In this document: positions 1 through 10,295 of the stretch, in pieces
Numbering within the stretch: position 1 is the stretch's first letter
Layout: every line of letters begins with the position of its first letter
From: a virus
IMG/VR virus record: IMGVR_UViG_3300036907_000061
Coordinates: 4,627 to 68,626 of that record
Strand: one strand, 5' to 3'
DNA: 64,000 nt
The notes under the pieces: generated by a model
The model's input: only the letters and a program-made list of their open reading frames with translations
What the model was told of the DNA's origin: nothing
The model's database searches: none
Made by a program: the position numbers and the translations under genes

Positions 1-1055
1 GGCTCTGACTCACGGGCCAGAACCCCCTGTAAAGCTCTTGTAAGACTGGAAAATATCACACCAGCCACACCCCCTGATGCCGCTGACTCTGCCAGATTGT
101 TCAGTAAATCCCTGTCTTTATCGTAATACTGTTTGGCTACATAGTTGTCTGCGAACTGGGTTATGGTGGAAAATAAGGCAGTAGTGGCTCCTTCCTTTGA
201 AATCTCCATACCCCTCTGTATCAACGTCTTGCCCAATTCTCCTCCGCTGGCTTTGTTCATCCGGTCCAGCCATGGAGCCACCGGAATTGCCATCGTAGTA
301 CCGCCTAAAGCATTCCACCAGAATACAGGACCCAATGCCGTAGCCTCGTCCGCGCCCTTGGACAAAGCCTCTTTATAAGCCCCTATAGCGCTCTGGGACG
401 CTCCCAGCGCTGCGATTGGGGCGTTGTTGAGCATTTGTGCCAGATAGCCATCCCTGGCCTTTCCTGCGGCCTTTACGGCGGCTGACTGGGCCAGCTCGTC
501 AGTGGCACCGGAAGCCAGTGCGTCTTTCAGTGCGGACTCGGCGGCTGACCGTGCTATTGCTTCGACACCCCCACGCATGATTGCCCTTCCCAACCCACCC
601 CCCACAAGATAGGGAATGAACGAACCAAGGGTTGATGGCATCTTGTTTGCCACCCACGAATCTTCCAGTCCGGGAGTGACTCCAGGGGCAATGTTTTCAA
701 TTGCCTGTCCGGATTGGTATAAGAGACTATCCTGTAGATTTCCAGTGGTCAGACCGGTGGACTTCGATGCTGCGGCAATGGTTTCAGGTATATCAGCCAC
801 ACCGCGTATTGCCGAACCGGCGAACGACTTGAATGGTTGGGTAATGTAATCTGAAGTTGTTAGGGCTGACTTATTGGTATCCTGAACTATTCGTTGATAG
901 TCGGAAACCGCATCTGGATAGGTGTTGAAGGTGTCCGGATACTTGGTGGCAAGGTCAAGTGTGATGACATCGTCCGGCCTGGTATCAGACGGGTTCTGTG
1001 ACTTCCACCATTGTACTACGGAGTTTCCGGTCGGTGTATTTGTGGGGTCTGGCAT
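1..1055 (-). CDS. Large internal virion / DNA ejection protein, N-terminal part (runs off window start)
   Basis: ATG at 1055 (MPDPTNTPTGNSVVQWWK...), 1 nt after the upstream stop. Ala/Gly-rich, and the frame reads open at both ends checked. Lies last in the structural operon. Confidence 0.6.
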   Translation of the reverse strand, partial: MPDPTNTPTGNSVVQWWKSQNPSDTRPDDVITLDLATKYPDTFNTYPDAVSDYQRIVQDTNKSALTTSDYITQPFKSFAGSAIRGVADIPETIAAASKSTGLTTGNLQDSLLYQSGQAIENIAPGVTPGLEDSWVANKMPSTLGSFIPYLVGGGLGRAIMRGGVEAIARSAAESALKDALASGATDELAQSAAVKAAGKARDGYLAQMLNNAPIAALGASQSAIGAYKEALSKGADEATALGPVFWWNALGGTTMAIPVAPWLDRMNKASGGELGKTLIQRGMEISKEGATTALFSTITQFADNYVAKQYYDKDRDLLNNLAESAASGGVAGVIFSSLTRALQGVLARESE

Positions 1056-1056
1056 G

Positions 1057-2577
1057 TTACCATAGTCCGAGGTTTGGATTTGCCTGTTGGGTGTCCATAT
1101 TTCCCTGCAAAGTAGGATACATAACGCTCTGAGCAAGCCCGGGAATTGAATTGGGATTGATGTTATTCATCATCATCTGCTGGTATCCGGGATTCTGCAT
1201 CTGCATCATTGGGCTGTAATTGGGGTTAACGTTGGCCATTATGGACTGAGACATCGGGGTAGGAATATGGGCCGATCCAAGTGGTCCCATAAGACCAAGG
1301 GGGGCCACCCCTCCGGCATTGGAAAATCCTGGAGCAAACATCTGCGCCTGTACTCCAATTGGGATATTGGGATATGGATTGGGATGGATGCTCTGCAAAT
1401 CCGGCATGGGCACCTTTGGCCCTCCAAACAGATATCTGCCGAAGTTTCCGATTGCGGTTCCCGCAGCCCTGGCTTCTCCGCCAACCACTGGTCCGATGGG
1501 ATTGCCACCCTCCGGAGAGAACATCTGTGGTATGATGCCAGGATATTGCTCTCCAGAGGGATTGATATTGGATTGGGGGTTGGGCTTCGATCCGGCGGAT
1601 GCCGGATTGGCAGGAAGACCGGGCTTCGATCCGGCGGATGCCGGATTGGCAGGAAGACCCACTGGAACGGACTGTGTGGATGGGGAAATGTTGGTCAACG
1701 CCTGGTGTTTGGCAAACTCTGCGGCAGCCTCCGGATACCTGGTTGCAAGCATATCCGAAGATTTGGACTTCTGCTCAATCATGTTGTTAAGCGCAAGCAC
1801 TTGATACTTAACTGATTCGGTCAGTTTCTGCGGGTCTTGGAATGACTGGGTTAGGGGTCCGTCCCTCCATGCGTTTAGTTTTGCCAGTGTGTTGGGACCG
1901 ACTGCTGCTGCGGCCTTGGATGCGTCACCGGAACTCTCGTACAACTTGGTGAATCTCTTTGACTCGGAATCGGTCAGTGTGGCTGAAAACTCTCCCACGG
2001 TCTGGGAATTATTCAGTGCCATTGCTGCAAGCTTGTTTGCGTTTGGATTGGATAACAGGTCATTGCGTTGACGGGTCAGGTCAGAGACCTGTCCATCCAA
2101 ATCTTGCAATGTCTGTGCCGCTATTGAAATCTTTGAGTTTCCAGCAGACTGATAAGCCCCCACAACACTCTTGTAATAATCCCCCACCGATTGCTTGGGG
2201 TCATAGGACGGGAAATCCTTGGCTGGTATCTCCTGCTGCATGACCCTTACTGCGTCCCACATCTTCTGGTCGTTGGCCCGGTCCAGATAAACATTCTGCA
2301 TTATCTCGGCCCTCTTGTTCATGGCGTTCTGCATGATTTCAGACCGGTCGTTCATGGACTGCTGTTGCAGGACGTATCGGTCAAGATATCTGCGCTCGGA
2401 CATCTGGGCCAGTCTCTCCTTTAATGCTGCCTCATATCCCATGGAACCTATCTGAAACTGTCTGGCGTTGTAATTCTGAACCGATTGTGATATGGGGTCA
2501 ATGGACGCATACAGCGTCTCTTGAGGAGTCATCCCCTGTTTGAATGGTAGAACTTGAACTGGTGGCACGTCGGGCAT
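1057..2577 (-). CDS. Putative internal virion (ejection) protein, Q/M/P-rich
   Basis: 506 aa helical, low-complexity ORF downstream of the pilot-like protein; synteny with podophage core genes. Confidence 0.5.
   Translation of the reverse strand: MPDVPPVQVLPFKQGMTPQETLYASIDPISQSVQNYNARQFQIGSMGYEAALKERLAQMSERRYLDRYVLQQQSMNDRSEIMQNAMNKRAEIMQNVYLDRANDQKMWDAVRVMQQEIPAKDFPSYDPKQSVGDYYKSVVGAYQSAGNSKISIAAQTLQDLDGQVSDLTRQRNDLLSNPNANKLAAMALNNSQTVGEFSATLTDSESKRFTKLYESSGDASKAAAAVGPNTLAKLNAWRDGPLTQSFQDPQKLTESVKYQVLALNNMIEQKSKSSDMLATRYPEAAAEFAKHQALTNISPSTQSVPVGLPANPASAGSKPGLPANPASAGSKPNPQSNINPSGEQYPGIIPQMFSPEGGNPIGPVVGGEARAAGTAIGNFGRYLFGGPKVPMPDLQSIHPNPYPNIPIGVQAQMFAPGFSNAGGVAPLGLMGPLGSAHIPTPMSQSIMANVNPNYSPMMQMQNPGYQQMMMNNINPNSIPGLAQSVMYPTLQGNMDTQQANPNLGLW
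1582..1659. repeat. Perfect 39-bp tandem duplication (GLPANPASAGSKP x2)
   Basis: gggcttcgatccggcggatgccggattggcaggaagacc at 1582-1620 and 1621-1659. Confidence 0.95.
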
Positions 2578-2578
2578 A

Positions 2579-3748
2579 TTATTCTCCTGGTCCCCCTCCG
2601 GGAATTATATTTCCATTTTGCATGGCGGGTCCGGTGGTGAAATTGCCATAGTTTCCATTGCCATAGGCACCCCCAAATACCCCCGCATCAAATCCGTATC
2701 CCAGGCTGGAAGGATTTCCGGCCATGGCTTGTTGCATCAACTGCTGTTGTTGGGCAAACTGCTGCTGCTGCTGCTGCTGTCCCATGGTGTAGTTCATGTA
2801 TGTCGAACCCAGTCCGGAGACGCCCTGTAGCGCCAGTTGGGCGGGTCCGGCATTGGGACCCATTACCGGCAGGGGCTGCATCATGGGTGGTTGGGCCTGG
2901 TTCATCTTCAAGAAGGACAAGGGTTGAAGGCTGTTTAGAATGGCATTGTTGTACAACTGTTGTGGCAGAAGGGCTGCATTGCCAGAGTTCTGCTGCATCT
3001 GGTATGGCATGTTTATATTCTGCAATGCCGTATTTAAGCCAAGATTTTGAATCTGTTGAGTCTGTTGAAGATTAGCCAGATTAGCTCCGGCAATCTGGCC
3101 TTGGGCCGTGTTCTGCGCTCCATATTGAAGCTGCCGGTTGCCATAGGAATCACCGGAATATCCCTTGGCTGCCTGGGTGGCCCTAATGTTTTGCATTGTA
3201 TTGTTAAATGCCTGCTGTGCCGCCTGCCTGGTGTAGGCCACGTTAGCCGAGGCAACTGGTTTGAAATAGTCCTCCAGCTTCTGGGTGTATCCGCCATTGA
3301 ACAGTGAGTTTGCCAGGGAGTTTGCTCCAGACTGACCCTGTCCGAATCCCCCGGTAGAAGCAAGTATGCTGGCCATGTCGGGTTGGGACATCTGATAGTT
3401 GCCAATAAGGTTCTGTCCCAGTTGATTCTCAAACCCTCCCATGTACATCGGCAAGAGTGCGTTGCCCTGAGACCCCCTGGATTGCAGGAACTCCTGATAA
3501 TTGGTCTGGTTGGCATTCTTCTGAGAATTGGACGCTCGATTCGCAGCGCTATTGGTGGACTGGGAGGCCATATAAGCCCCACCCACTCCAGCAGCAACGC
3601 TACCCAGCGCAAGAGCACCACCCACGCCCAGTCCAACACCAATGCCGCAATTCGTGTCTGGTTTCAGGTTGGCACGCTTACGGAATCCCTCAGGTTCGAT
3701 GGTCTCGAATCTAAAATTCCTTGGCTGGAAATAGAAGAACTTGTTCAT
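2579..3748 (-). CDS. Putative DNA pilot/ejection protein
   Basis: Gly/Ala hydrophobic N-terminal segment (GVGLGVGGALALGSVAAGVGGAYMAS) followed by a Q/N/A-rich body, typical of podophage ejection proteins. Confidence 0.55.
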   Translation of the reverse strand: MNKFFYFQPRNFRFETIEPEGFRKRANLKPDTNCGIGVGLGVGGALALGSVAAGVGGAYMASQSTNSAANRASNSQKNANQTNYQEFLQSRGSQGNALLPMYMGGFENQLGQNLIGNYQMSQPDMASILASTGGFGQGQSGANSLANSLFNGGYTQKLEDYFKPVASANVAYTRQAAQQAFNNTMQNIRATQAAKGYSGDSYGNRQLQYGAQNTAQGQIAGANLANLQQTQQIQNLGLNTALQNINMPYQMQQNSGNAALLPQQLYNNAILNSLQPLSFLKMNQAQPPMMQPLPVMGPNAGPAQLALQGVSGLGSTYMNYTMGQQQQQQQFAQQQQLMQQAMAGNPSSLGYGFDAGVFGGAYGNGNYGNFTTGPAMQNGNIIPGGGPGE

Positions 3749-4290
3749 GCTTCAATCGCTTTCTGTTCCGTTATTTTTAGACGATGGCGTTTATAAGAGT
3801 CTGTACGTTTGTATAAACCTTCCTCCATCTTGTCAACGTCTGTAAACAGCTCCTGATCCCATCCTTCGGTTGGATGGATGTTTTGCATCAGAACATCCTC
3901 ATGCATAAATCCAATCTTCCTGCCTGGTCCAGCCAAAAAAGCGCACGGAGCGACAATTTCTGTGACTGTGCGGTCGGAGTTCAAAATGCTCATGCGGCCT
4001 TTAAGTACTACGCAGTGATGGGGCTCCTTATGGCAGTGTCCTATAATAAGGGCGCCTTTCGGCATGATGCCTTCACGTATGTAAGTGTGATTTGTGAATG
4101 TATGAGTCACTGGAACGTCAATTTCCCATATGCCTGGGGTTCCTTTTTCAATCAGAGAGAAGAACATTGCTTCCAGGTCGTCCAGCATGTCTGGGGTGAT
4201 GTTTCCTTTGGTAGGAATAGGCAGCGAGTTAAACGGAACCAGTGCGGACTCTTTCCGTTGTCTACGTTTCTTTTTCAGCCGATTTCTCAT
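3745..4290 (-). CDS. Cupin-fold phage protein
   Basis: HTFTNHTYIREGIMPKGALIIGHCHKEPHHCVVLKGRMSI cupin-like motif, commonly found next to podophage ejection genes. Confidence 0.65.
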   Translation of the reverse strand: MRNRLKKKRRQRKESALVPFNSLPIPTKGNITPDMLDDLEAMFFSLIEKGTPGIWEIDVPVTHTFTNHTYIREGIMPKGALIIGHCHKEPHHCVVLKGRMSILNSDRTVTEIVAPCAFLAGPGRKIGFMHEDVLMQNIHPTEGWDQELFTDVDKMEEGLYKRTDSYKRHRLKITEQKAIEA

Positions 4291-6591
4291 TTATGTTAAT
4301 GCTTCAACCCACGGAATCCTGGTCACTGATCCGAGTTGGGTTCCGGAGCCGTCTCGGGTTAAAACCACACATATTTCTGTTCCACTATTTTGGTCAAATT
4401 CAACCGTATAATGGCACTGACTCCAACTGCTGACAATGGTTCCGAGTCCCGGCATGGCAATGGATTTAACATAAGACAATCCTATTTCCCGTCCGGGCGA
4501 TGCGGTATTCCACCATGCCTGAAAGTCATTTGAAGATGCGGTTATTTTGAATATGTGCATCACTCCTACTTCGTCGGTTATGACATAAATCCTCTTTTTT
4601 ATCGGATTGTATTGGAATAGCAATATTTTGGCCGTGCTTCCAGCGGGATGCCACAGTTGGAATTGCGCCACGTTTACTATCCCATTGGCCGAAGAGTCGG
4701 TCAGGTCTAGCTGGGCGGTGTTGTTGGTGGCCCAGGTATTCTTGGTGGCAGCGGTGCTGGTTACTTTATAGCAGTCAAGGTGTGAAACGGAGGTGGAGTC
4801 GTCGCTGGAAACGCACCATGCGGTGGCTGTGGGTGTGGACACGTACCACACAGGCTTGTACACACCGCTGCCAAGATGTGAAGAGAATAATGTTGGGGAC
4901 CATGCTGCCGTGGTTGTGAACAGGGTCCCGGTGATTACGGTTCCAGGTGCCCCTGCGAGTGCTCCGGTAGCTGATCCCGATGTGGTGATTGCTATCTGTC
5001 CATTGACTGCATTACTTGCCAGATAAGTTGTGGAACTTACTGTAATGGATGTGTCGTTTGATGACGGAGACCATATGTAGGTTCCCGCTGATGCTATGTT
5101 AACAGATGCAGCTCCGGTGCTGTCATATGTTGAGTCTGCGGTAATCAGGTTGGTTCCTGGATTGGTTGCTGCAAAGGTGTAGATTCCTCCAGAACTGCAC
5201 AATAGGAACGTTGGTCCGGTGCTGAAAAACCCAGAACCGAACACGGCACCATTGACGTTCTTGAGCCCGGATGCGGATGCTATCTGGGCCAATGGAGTCA
5301 CCTCATTACTGAGTAGGTCGTACTGGTTTACGTAGTACTTTCCGCTGTTGGAGAATTGGGACTGGCTGAAAGTGTATAAATGAGTGCCGAATGTGAACGC
5401 CCCCTCTGGGTTTGCCAGCTCATAGTTCAGGGCTGGAAACAAAGAAACACCAGCGTAGTTGGACAGCGCGCTTGCTTGTGCCTGTAACTGCCAGGATGCC
5501 GGGGTGATTACAACCAGTGAACCAGTGGTTGGGTTGGTAACTATTGGTGCTCCCAACTGGGTAAAATATAGATTGATAGCGTCAAACGACCACTCGAACG
5601 CGGCTTGTCCTCCAGATATGGTAAACTGATCCAGGGATACCGATTGTCCAACCCCAAATCCTGCGTCGGAAGTTACACATATCAGGGATGGTGTGAACGT
5701 CTGCGGCATACCACCAAGACCGTGGGCAACCTGTGTGGCGGTTGGGTAGCTTGACGCCAGCACAACCTGGGGCATGGTGAACAACTGCATACCTGACACA
5801 CCGGTGGTGGTGATGACTGTTGAGTTTCCATTGCCAGATGAGGTGGTAGCGCCTGAGCCTGACAGCAGAACAAAGACTCCCGCCTTGTACACCACCGCAA
5901 AAACGCAGGGAGCTTGAATCTGGCTGGCCAGCAATTGCTGTCCGGATGACTTTATTGGGATGGCACCCAGATTATTTACATTCAGTGTGGATGGACCTGT
6001 ATTGGAAGATGTGGTATAGACAAAGAACAGCATCCCGTCGTTATAGGAAGAAACCGGGGCCGACTTCACCAGTGTCGCTGTGATGAGTGCATTAGGGGTT
6101 CCGGTCAGCACAACGCTGGACTGTGCTGCGGTAAACGCTCCAGAGGATGTGAGTGGGGGAGAGCTCTGGCAGGTTGCGTCGTTTGAACCTTTTGTCCAGT
6201 AATATCCATAGTTTAGAATCAGTCCTGAAAGAACATAATTTCCATTGGCGTCATAATTGGTGACTGACGGCACAACGTTTGACCCACCAAGCCCCCCTTG
6301 TGCGGTAATTGCATAGGCGTTGGTGGTGGTTCCGATATCGTTATCTACTGGAACAATCTGATACAGAAGAGCTGGATTTAAGGCATTAATGGATACGGCG
6401 GCATCCTGCAAGGCGTTGATTCCAACCGATCCGTCATTTAAGGTTCCGTCCGGATTAAGCGATATTCCAAGAATGGTTGAAAGAGAATTGCAGAAGTTCG
6501 TCAAGATGGTAAAGTTGCCATCCACTTCCTGGGAAGTCAGCGGAGACCCTTTTATCAGACGGTAAACCAATTGGGGAACTGTAAGTGCCAT
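4291..6591 (-). CDS. Tail fibre protein
   Basis: N-terminal KGSPLTSQEVDGNF fibre-anchor motif, internal STLNVNNLGAIPIK motif, S/T/G-rich beta composition. Confidence 0.7.
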   Translation of the reverse strand: MALTVPQLVYRLIKGSPLTSQEVDGNFTILTNFCNSLSTILGISLNPDGTLNDGSVGINALQDAAVSINALNPALLYQIVPVDNDIGTTTNAYAITAQGGLGGSNVVPSVTNYDANGNYVLSGLILNYGYYWTKGSNDATCQSSPPLTSSGAFTAAQSSVVLTGTPNALITATLVKSAPVSSYNDGMLFFVYTTSSNTGPSTLNVNNLGAIPIKSSGQQLLASQIQAPCVFAVVYKAGVFVLLSGSGATTSSGNGNSTVITTTGVSGMQLFTMPQVVLASSYPTATQVAHGLGGMPQTFTPSLICVTSDAGFGVGQSVSLDQFTISGGQAAFEWSFDAINLYFTQLGAPIVTNPTTGSLVVITPASWQLQAQASALSNYAGVSLFPALNYELANPEGAFTFGTHLYTFSQSQFSNSGKYYVNQYDLLSNEVTPLAQIASASGLKNVNGAVFGSGFFSTGPTFLLCSSGGIYTFAATNPGTNLITADSTYDSTGAASVNIASAGTYIWSPSSNDTSITVSSTTYLASNAVNGQIAITTSGSATGALAGAPGTVITGTLFTTTAAWSPTLFSSHLGSGVYKPVWYVSTPTATAWCVSSDDSTSVSHLDCYKVTSTAATKNTWATNNTAQLDLTDSSANGIVNVAQFQLWHPAGSTAKILLFQYNPIKKRIYVITDEVGVMHIFKITASSNDFQAWWNTASPGREIGLSYVKSIAMPGLGTIVSSWSQCHYTVEFDQNSGTEICVVLTRDGSGTQLGSVTRIPWVEALT

Positions 6592-6603
6592 ATCTTGATT
6601 AGT

Positions 6604-6819
6604 TTAAGTCGTTTTGGTGTTGGATGCAAGTTTTTGTTTTATTGCATCTATCTCGTTTCGGTGGTCCTCCAGCACTCTTTGAATTGAGAATGTAATGTCC
6701 CCATGCCACTTTTGAAGCGTCTGCTGACCTGCCTCGGAAAGCTTGTAGAATACGTCGCTTGGGAACTGGGGCCACTGGATGACGCTTTTTGGTTGAGCGG
6801 GCGATGCTTGTGGTTTCAT
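6604..6819 (-). CDS. Small hypothetical structural protein
   Basis: 71 aa ORF with an ATGA overlap on the upstream gene. Confidence 0.5.
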   Translation of the reverse strand: MKPQASPAQPKSVIQWPQFPSDVFYKLSEAGQQTLQKWHGDITFSIQRVLEDHRNEIDAIKQKLASNTKTT

Positions 6820-9773
6820 ATTCTGCCTATGTTGTGCGAATCCACGGGAATGGTTCTGAATATTCGTCCGGTGATTTCAACGGGATTGTTGATTCCGGTG
6901 GTACTGATGCTGTCTCCTAGATAATAGGACATCATTGTGGGTTTTAGCAAATTGCTGGTCTTGGGATGGGCAATAACACCTGATTGCCTGATGGGATTCG
7001 ATCCGTCTGGATTAACGCTTCCAATAAAACCAACCGCCACCGAACTGTCGGCGGACTGGCTGGACAGTAAAAGAACGTATTCGTATATTATCTTCTCGCT
7101 AGATGCGTCTCCAAATGAACCCACACCGTGGGATATGTAACTATTGTATGGTTGTCCGTCTCTATGATAAATAGAGTTTATGATCGTGAATGTATCGGAT
7201 GTGATCTTGCCAGCCCCGATCACAATGACCTGTGTGGGCGAGACATATTCAGCCACTGCAAATGTTGATCCCGAAGACGTGCGAATGCTTTTCCACACAT
7301 CGGAAGGCTGAAAGAAGTCGGATGATGACGATGCAGTGTTGGAAACTGATGTGTCAAGATTTGCGGTAATAGAGCCAGATGACCTGCCCTGTCCGGACAT
7401 TAGCCCATAGCGGTATACCACTCCGGACTCTGTTCCAATTATAAACCAGTCCTCCCAATCGCCCGGGCTGGATTGTCCGGTTGGCCTCTTGACAGAGGCG
7501 GCAGATGTAATATCCATCGAGGTTGAAGATGCTGTTTGATACAGGTAGTCATATCTAATAGCCTTGTCCTGGGTTTGGGACGGGAAACAGATAAAGAACT
7601 CCTTGGTCACAGAGCTGGATTCAGTGAATATTCTATACTCCGCCGACTGTTCATATATCTGATTGACCGCTTGAGAGACTATCGATCCTGCGGTTCCGGT
7701 CAGAACGATGGCGGTATTTACTCCACCGATGGTGGCGGGCAGCGTACCTGCGGACATTTCCTGTAAGATGGGGCGTGGCAGTGGTGTGGAGATGGTCTGG
7801 TCTCCGGATGGTGATGTAATGATGAATTGGTCGTCGAATCCTGCCAGAACGCCCAGGGAATAATTTCCCGAACCATCATATGTTTGTCCATCGGGAACAA
7901 GGTTTACGCTGGTGATGGGTGACTGGCTGGCCTGTTCAAAAAATAAATTCTCGCAAGGCTGTAGTACCTGTACCGGCATTGGAACCTGACGGAGCAGGTC
8001 AAATTGATAGAAGTGGTCTTCTGACGCCCACATTAGAAACACATCGTTTATGCTTTCCAGCGTGTGTGGATATGCGATTTGAGTTCCACGGGTGCACTTG
8101 ATTCTTTGAAATGTGAACGGCTGAGAAGCGTTACCTGTGAATTGTGCGATGTATATGTCGGGGGTATCCTTTAGGATGACCAGATACCCCCTAAGCATCT
8201 TGGCCTGAACAATGGTTCCACCATCATCGTCCAGGTCTTGGAATTGTCCGGTTATGCTTCCCACTGTATCCGCCCTTTGTGCCAGCATGTCCAAGGCGTG
8301 GTTGTCATCGGAAGTGTCATGCAAAACGGTGGTTTGAACAACATCTGACAGTATGATTGAGTTGGCAGAGCCTGGGTATACAAACGCAATGACGGATGTT
8401 AGATTGTTGCCCTGATCTCCAATGCCATTCACAGTTATGCTTCCACCGTCCCCAAATAGTTCCGGCAGTGATTTGACGGGATAGTCCAGGTGTACCGTAG
8501 TTTGCCCCTGCGTTGCCCACGAAGGAACGGTTGCCCCAAATCTCCTGGGATCATCCGGCAGAGACCATATGCTTCTTCCTCCATAATGAGTGATGCCTGA
8601 TTCATTATTGAACAAAGCATAGGCGGATGGATTCTGTATGGAAACCGACTGTGGTTTTATTGGGTCATTGGATGCAACCGTAAGGTAGTGTGTGGACCCA
8701 TCGGTATGTATTCCGGTTATTTGACTGATGGTGCCATCCTGCCAGAATAGATTGAGACCAATTACCGCGTCTGGATTCAACGTGAATGTATTGTTAGGGA
8801 AAAGATTCTCTACGGATGGCTGTACGGAATAGTCTTTGTATGCATCGGGGCTGGAAGGGTTGGAGGATATGGTAAATAACTGTGATGGCTCGGAAAGATT
8901 GGATGAGTCGATAACACAATGGGTGGCATCCGTGACCGAAAGTATTACTCCCTGCAATCCATTGGCCATTGTTACAGTACATCCCTCCAGACCAACAAAT
9001 CCATTGCCATCATTGAACACCGCAGAGGAGGCCGTAAGAATTGATCCAGCAACTCCGGTGGTTCCGGAATTTACCGTTCCGGTGGCGGGGAGCGAAGATG
9101 ACACTCCTGATATGTATGCATTGTCGGAGGCGTTGATGGAAGACATTATGGTATTCATGGAGTCTTCCGTTATTTCCCGAATGTCGTGGCAGCAAAGAAT
9201 ATCATCAACCACCGAAATGGTGCCCACGCTTGCTATGCTGTTTTCCCTCAACTCATAAATAGGCTTGCATTTCAAGTCAAGAAGGTTATAAGTCATTGGA
9301 AGGTCCAGTCCGTTGTTCAGAACCAGCCACGACCCCACCTGTTCCGACTCCCATCTTCCGGCGTTGGGAGAAAGCCCGCTTGCTATGGTGATCCAATTTC
9401 CAACCTCGGTCTGGAAATATCCCACTACGGCGTATCCATCATCATTATAATCTCCGTTGTCCAGCCCGAAGTATCTCCAGATGGTGGTCTTGGTTCCCAC
9501 TATTACAGCCCTGCTTCCATTTGGAAGTATGCATTCTGCCGACAGGGTGATTGGGCCATCTACCCCAGGTGGAACAGATTGGTCTACAGAGGATGAGTTT
9601 GGGTTGGGTCGGAACTTGTCATATCCCTCTCCGCGAACCTCTCTTTCCAAAATCCTTCTCCAATCCCGTTTGGCAGTGTAGTTGGATGGACCAACATCCT
9701 CAACCGACATTCCAGACATCAGCCTGCCTCCGGAGGAGGGCTTGATTTCTATTGGTCTCGGAGGTCTGGCCAT
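6816..9773 (-). CDS. Putative tail nozzle / packaged-DNA stabilization protein (beta-propeller-like)
   Basis: 985 aa beta-rich ORF (WLVLNNGLDLP, SIWSLPDDP, YLVILKD) at the expected position in a podovirus tail module. Confidence 0.55.
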   Translation of the reverse strand: MARPPRPIEIKPSSGGRLMSGMSVEDVGPSNYTAKRDWRRILEREVRGEGYDKFRPNPNSSSVDQSVPPGVDGPITLSAECILPNGSRAVIVGTKTTIWRYFGLDNGDYNDDGYAVVGYFQTEVGNWITIASGLSPNAGRWESEQVGSWLVLNNGLDLPMTYNLLDLKCKPIYELRENSIASVGTISVVDDILCCHDIREITEDSMNTIMSSINASDNAYISGVSSSLPATGTVNSGTTGVAGSILTASSAVFNDGNGFVGLEGCTVTMANGLQGVILSVTDATHCVIDSSNLSEPSQLFTISSNPSSPDAYKDYSVQPSVENLFPNNTFTLNPDAVIGLNLFWQDGTISQITGIHTDGSTHYLTVASNDPIKPQSVSIQNPSAYALFNNESGITHYGGRSIWSLPDDPRRFGATVPSWATQGQTTVHLDYPVKSLPELFGDGGSITVNGIGDQGNNLTSVIAFVYPGSANSIILSDVVQTTVLHDTSDDNHALDMLAQRADTVGSITGQFQDLDDDGGTIVQAKMLRGYLVILKDTPDIYIAQFTGNASQPFTFQRIKCTRGTQIAYPHTLESINDVFLMWASEDHFYQFDLLRQVPMPVQVLQPCENLFFEQASQSPITSVNLVPDGQTYDGSGNYSLGVLAGFDDQFIITSPSGDQTISTPLPRPILQEMSAGTLPATIGGVNTAIVLTGTAGSIVSQAVNQIYEQSAEYRIFTESSSVTKEFFICFPSQTQDKAIRYDYLYQTASSTSMDITSAASVKRPTGQSSPGDWEDWFIIGTESGVVYRYGLMSGQGRSSGSITANLDTSVSNTASSSSDFFQPSDVWKSIRTSSGSTFAVAEYVSPTQVIVIGAGKITSDTFTIINSIYHRDGQPYNSYISHGVGSFGDASSEKIIYEYVLLLSSQSADSSVAVGFIGSVNPDGSNPIRQSGVIAHPKTSNLLKPTMMSYYLGDSISTTGINNPVEITGRIFRTIPVDSHNIGRI

Positions 9774-9781
9774 TTTTATTC

Positions 9782-10189
9782 TTATTGATAGTTTGTTCTG
9801 GAATTCATTGAGTAAAACGACTGTCTATCCCATTCTGGAAGATTGGTGGTCCAATGATCGTTGAGCACTTTGATCACTTTTTCTTGATTTTTAATTAGAA
9901 TGCTCTGCTTATTGGTTATAGCAGCCAGCACTTCCGACTGTTGATTGAGTTGGTTTAGAAACCGTGAATGAAAATAGTTGTTGTCCGATATGAACACATT
10001 GAGATTGGAATCAATCAGTGCCATTTTTGCTTCAAGACGTGCTTGATTGGCTGGTGAACGAGCCACATCGACAGCGCGGCCTATTAACCACGCCCCGCTT
10101 GCTATGGAAGTGAGAACAACGCTGATAATGGTTAATGTCTGTTTCCATTCAGTCCAATATACCCGAAAGAATGGTTTGAATGTTTTCAT
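9782..10189 (-). CDS. Single-TM membrane protein, holin/hemolysin-like
   Basis: One TM helix (TLTIISVVLTSIASGAWLIG) followed by coiled coil. Confidence 0.4.
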   Translation of the reverse strand: MKTFKPFFRVYWTEWKQTLTIISVVLTSIASGAWLIGRAVDVARSPANQARLEAKMALIDSNLNVFISDNNYFHSRFLNQLNQQSEVLAAITNKQSILIKNQEKVIKVLNDHWTTNLPEWDRQSFYSMNSRTNYQ

Positions 10190-10295
10190 ATCCCCATCTT
10201 TGGTTGACCGTCATTACAGTTTTGACCGGCGCACTCGCTCGCAATAACACCGCTAGCGGAGCAGAGTATGCCGATGATCCATTTTTCGTTATTGT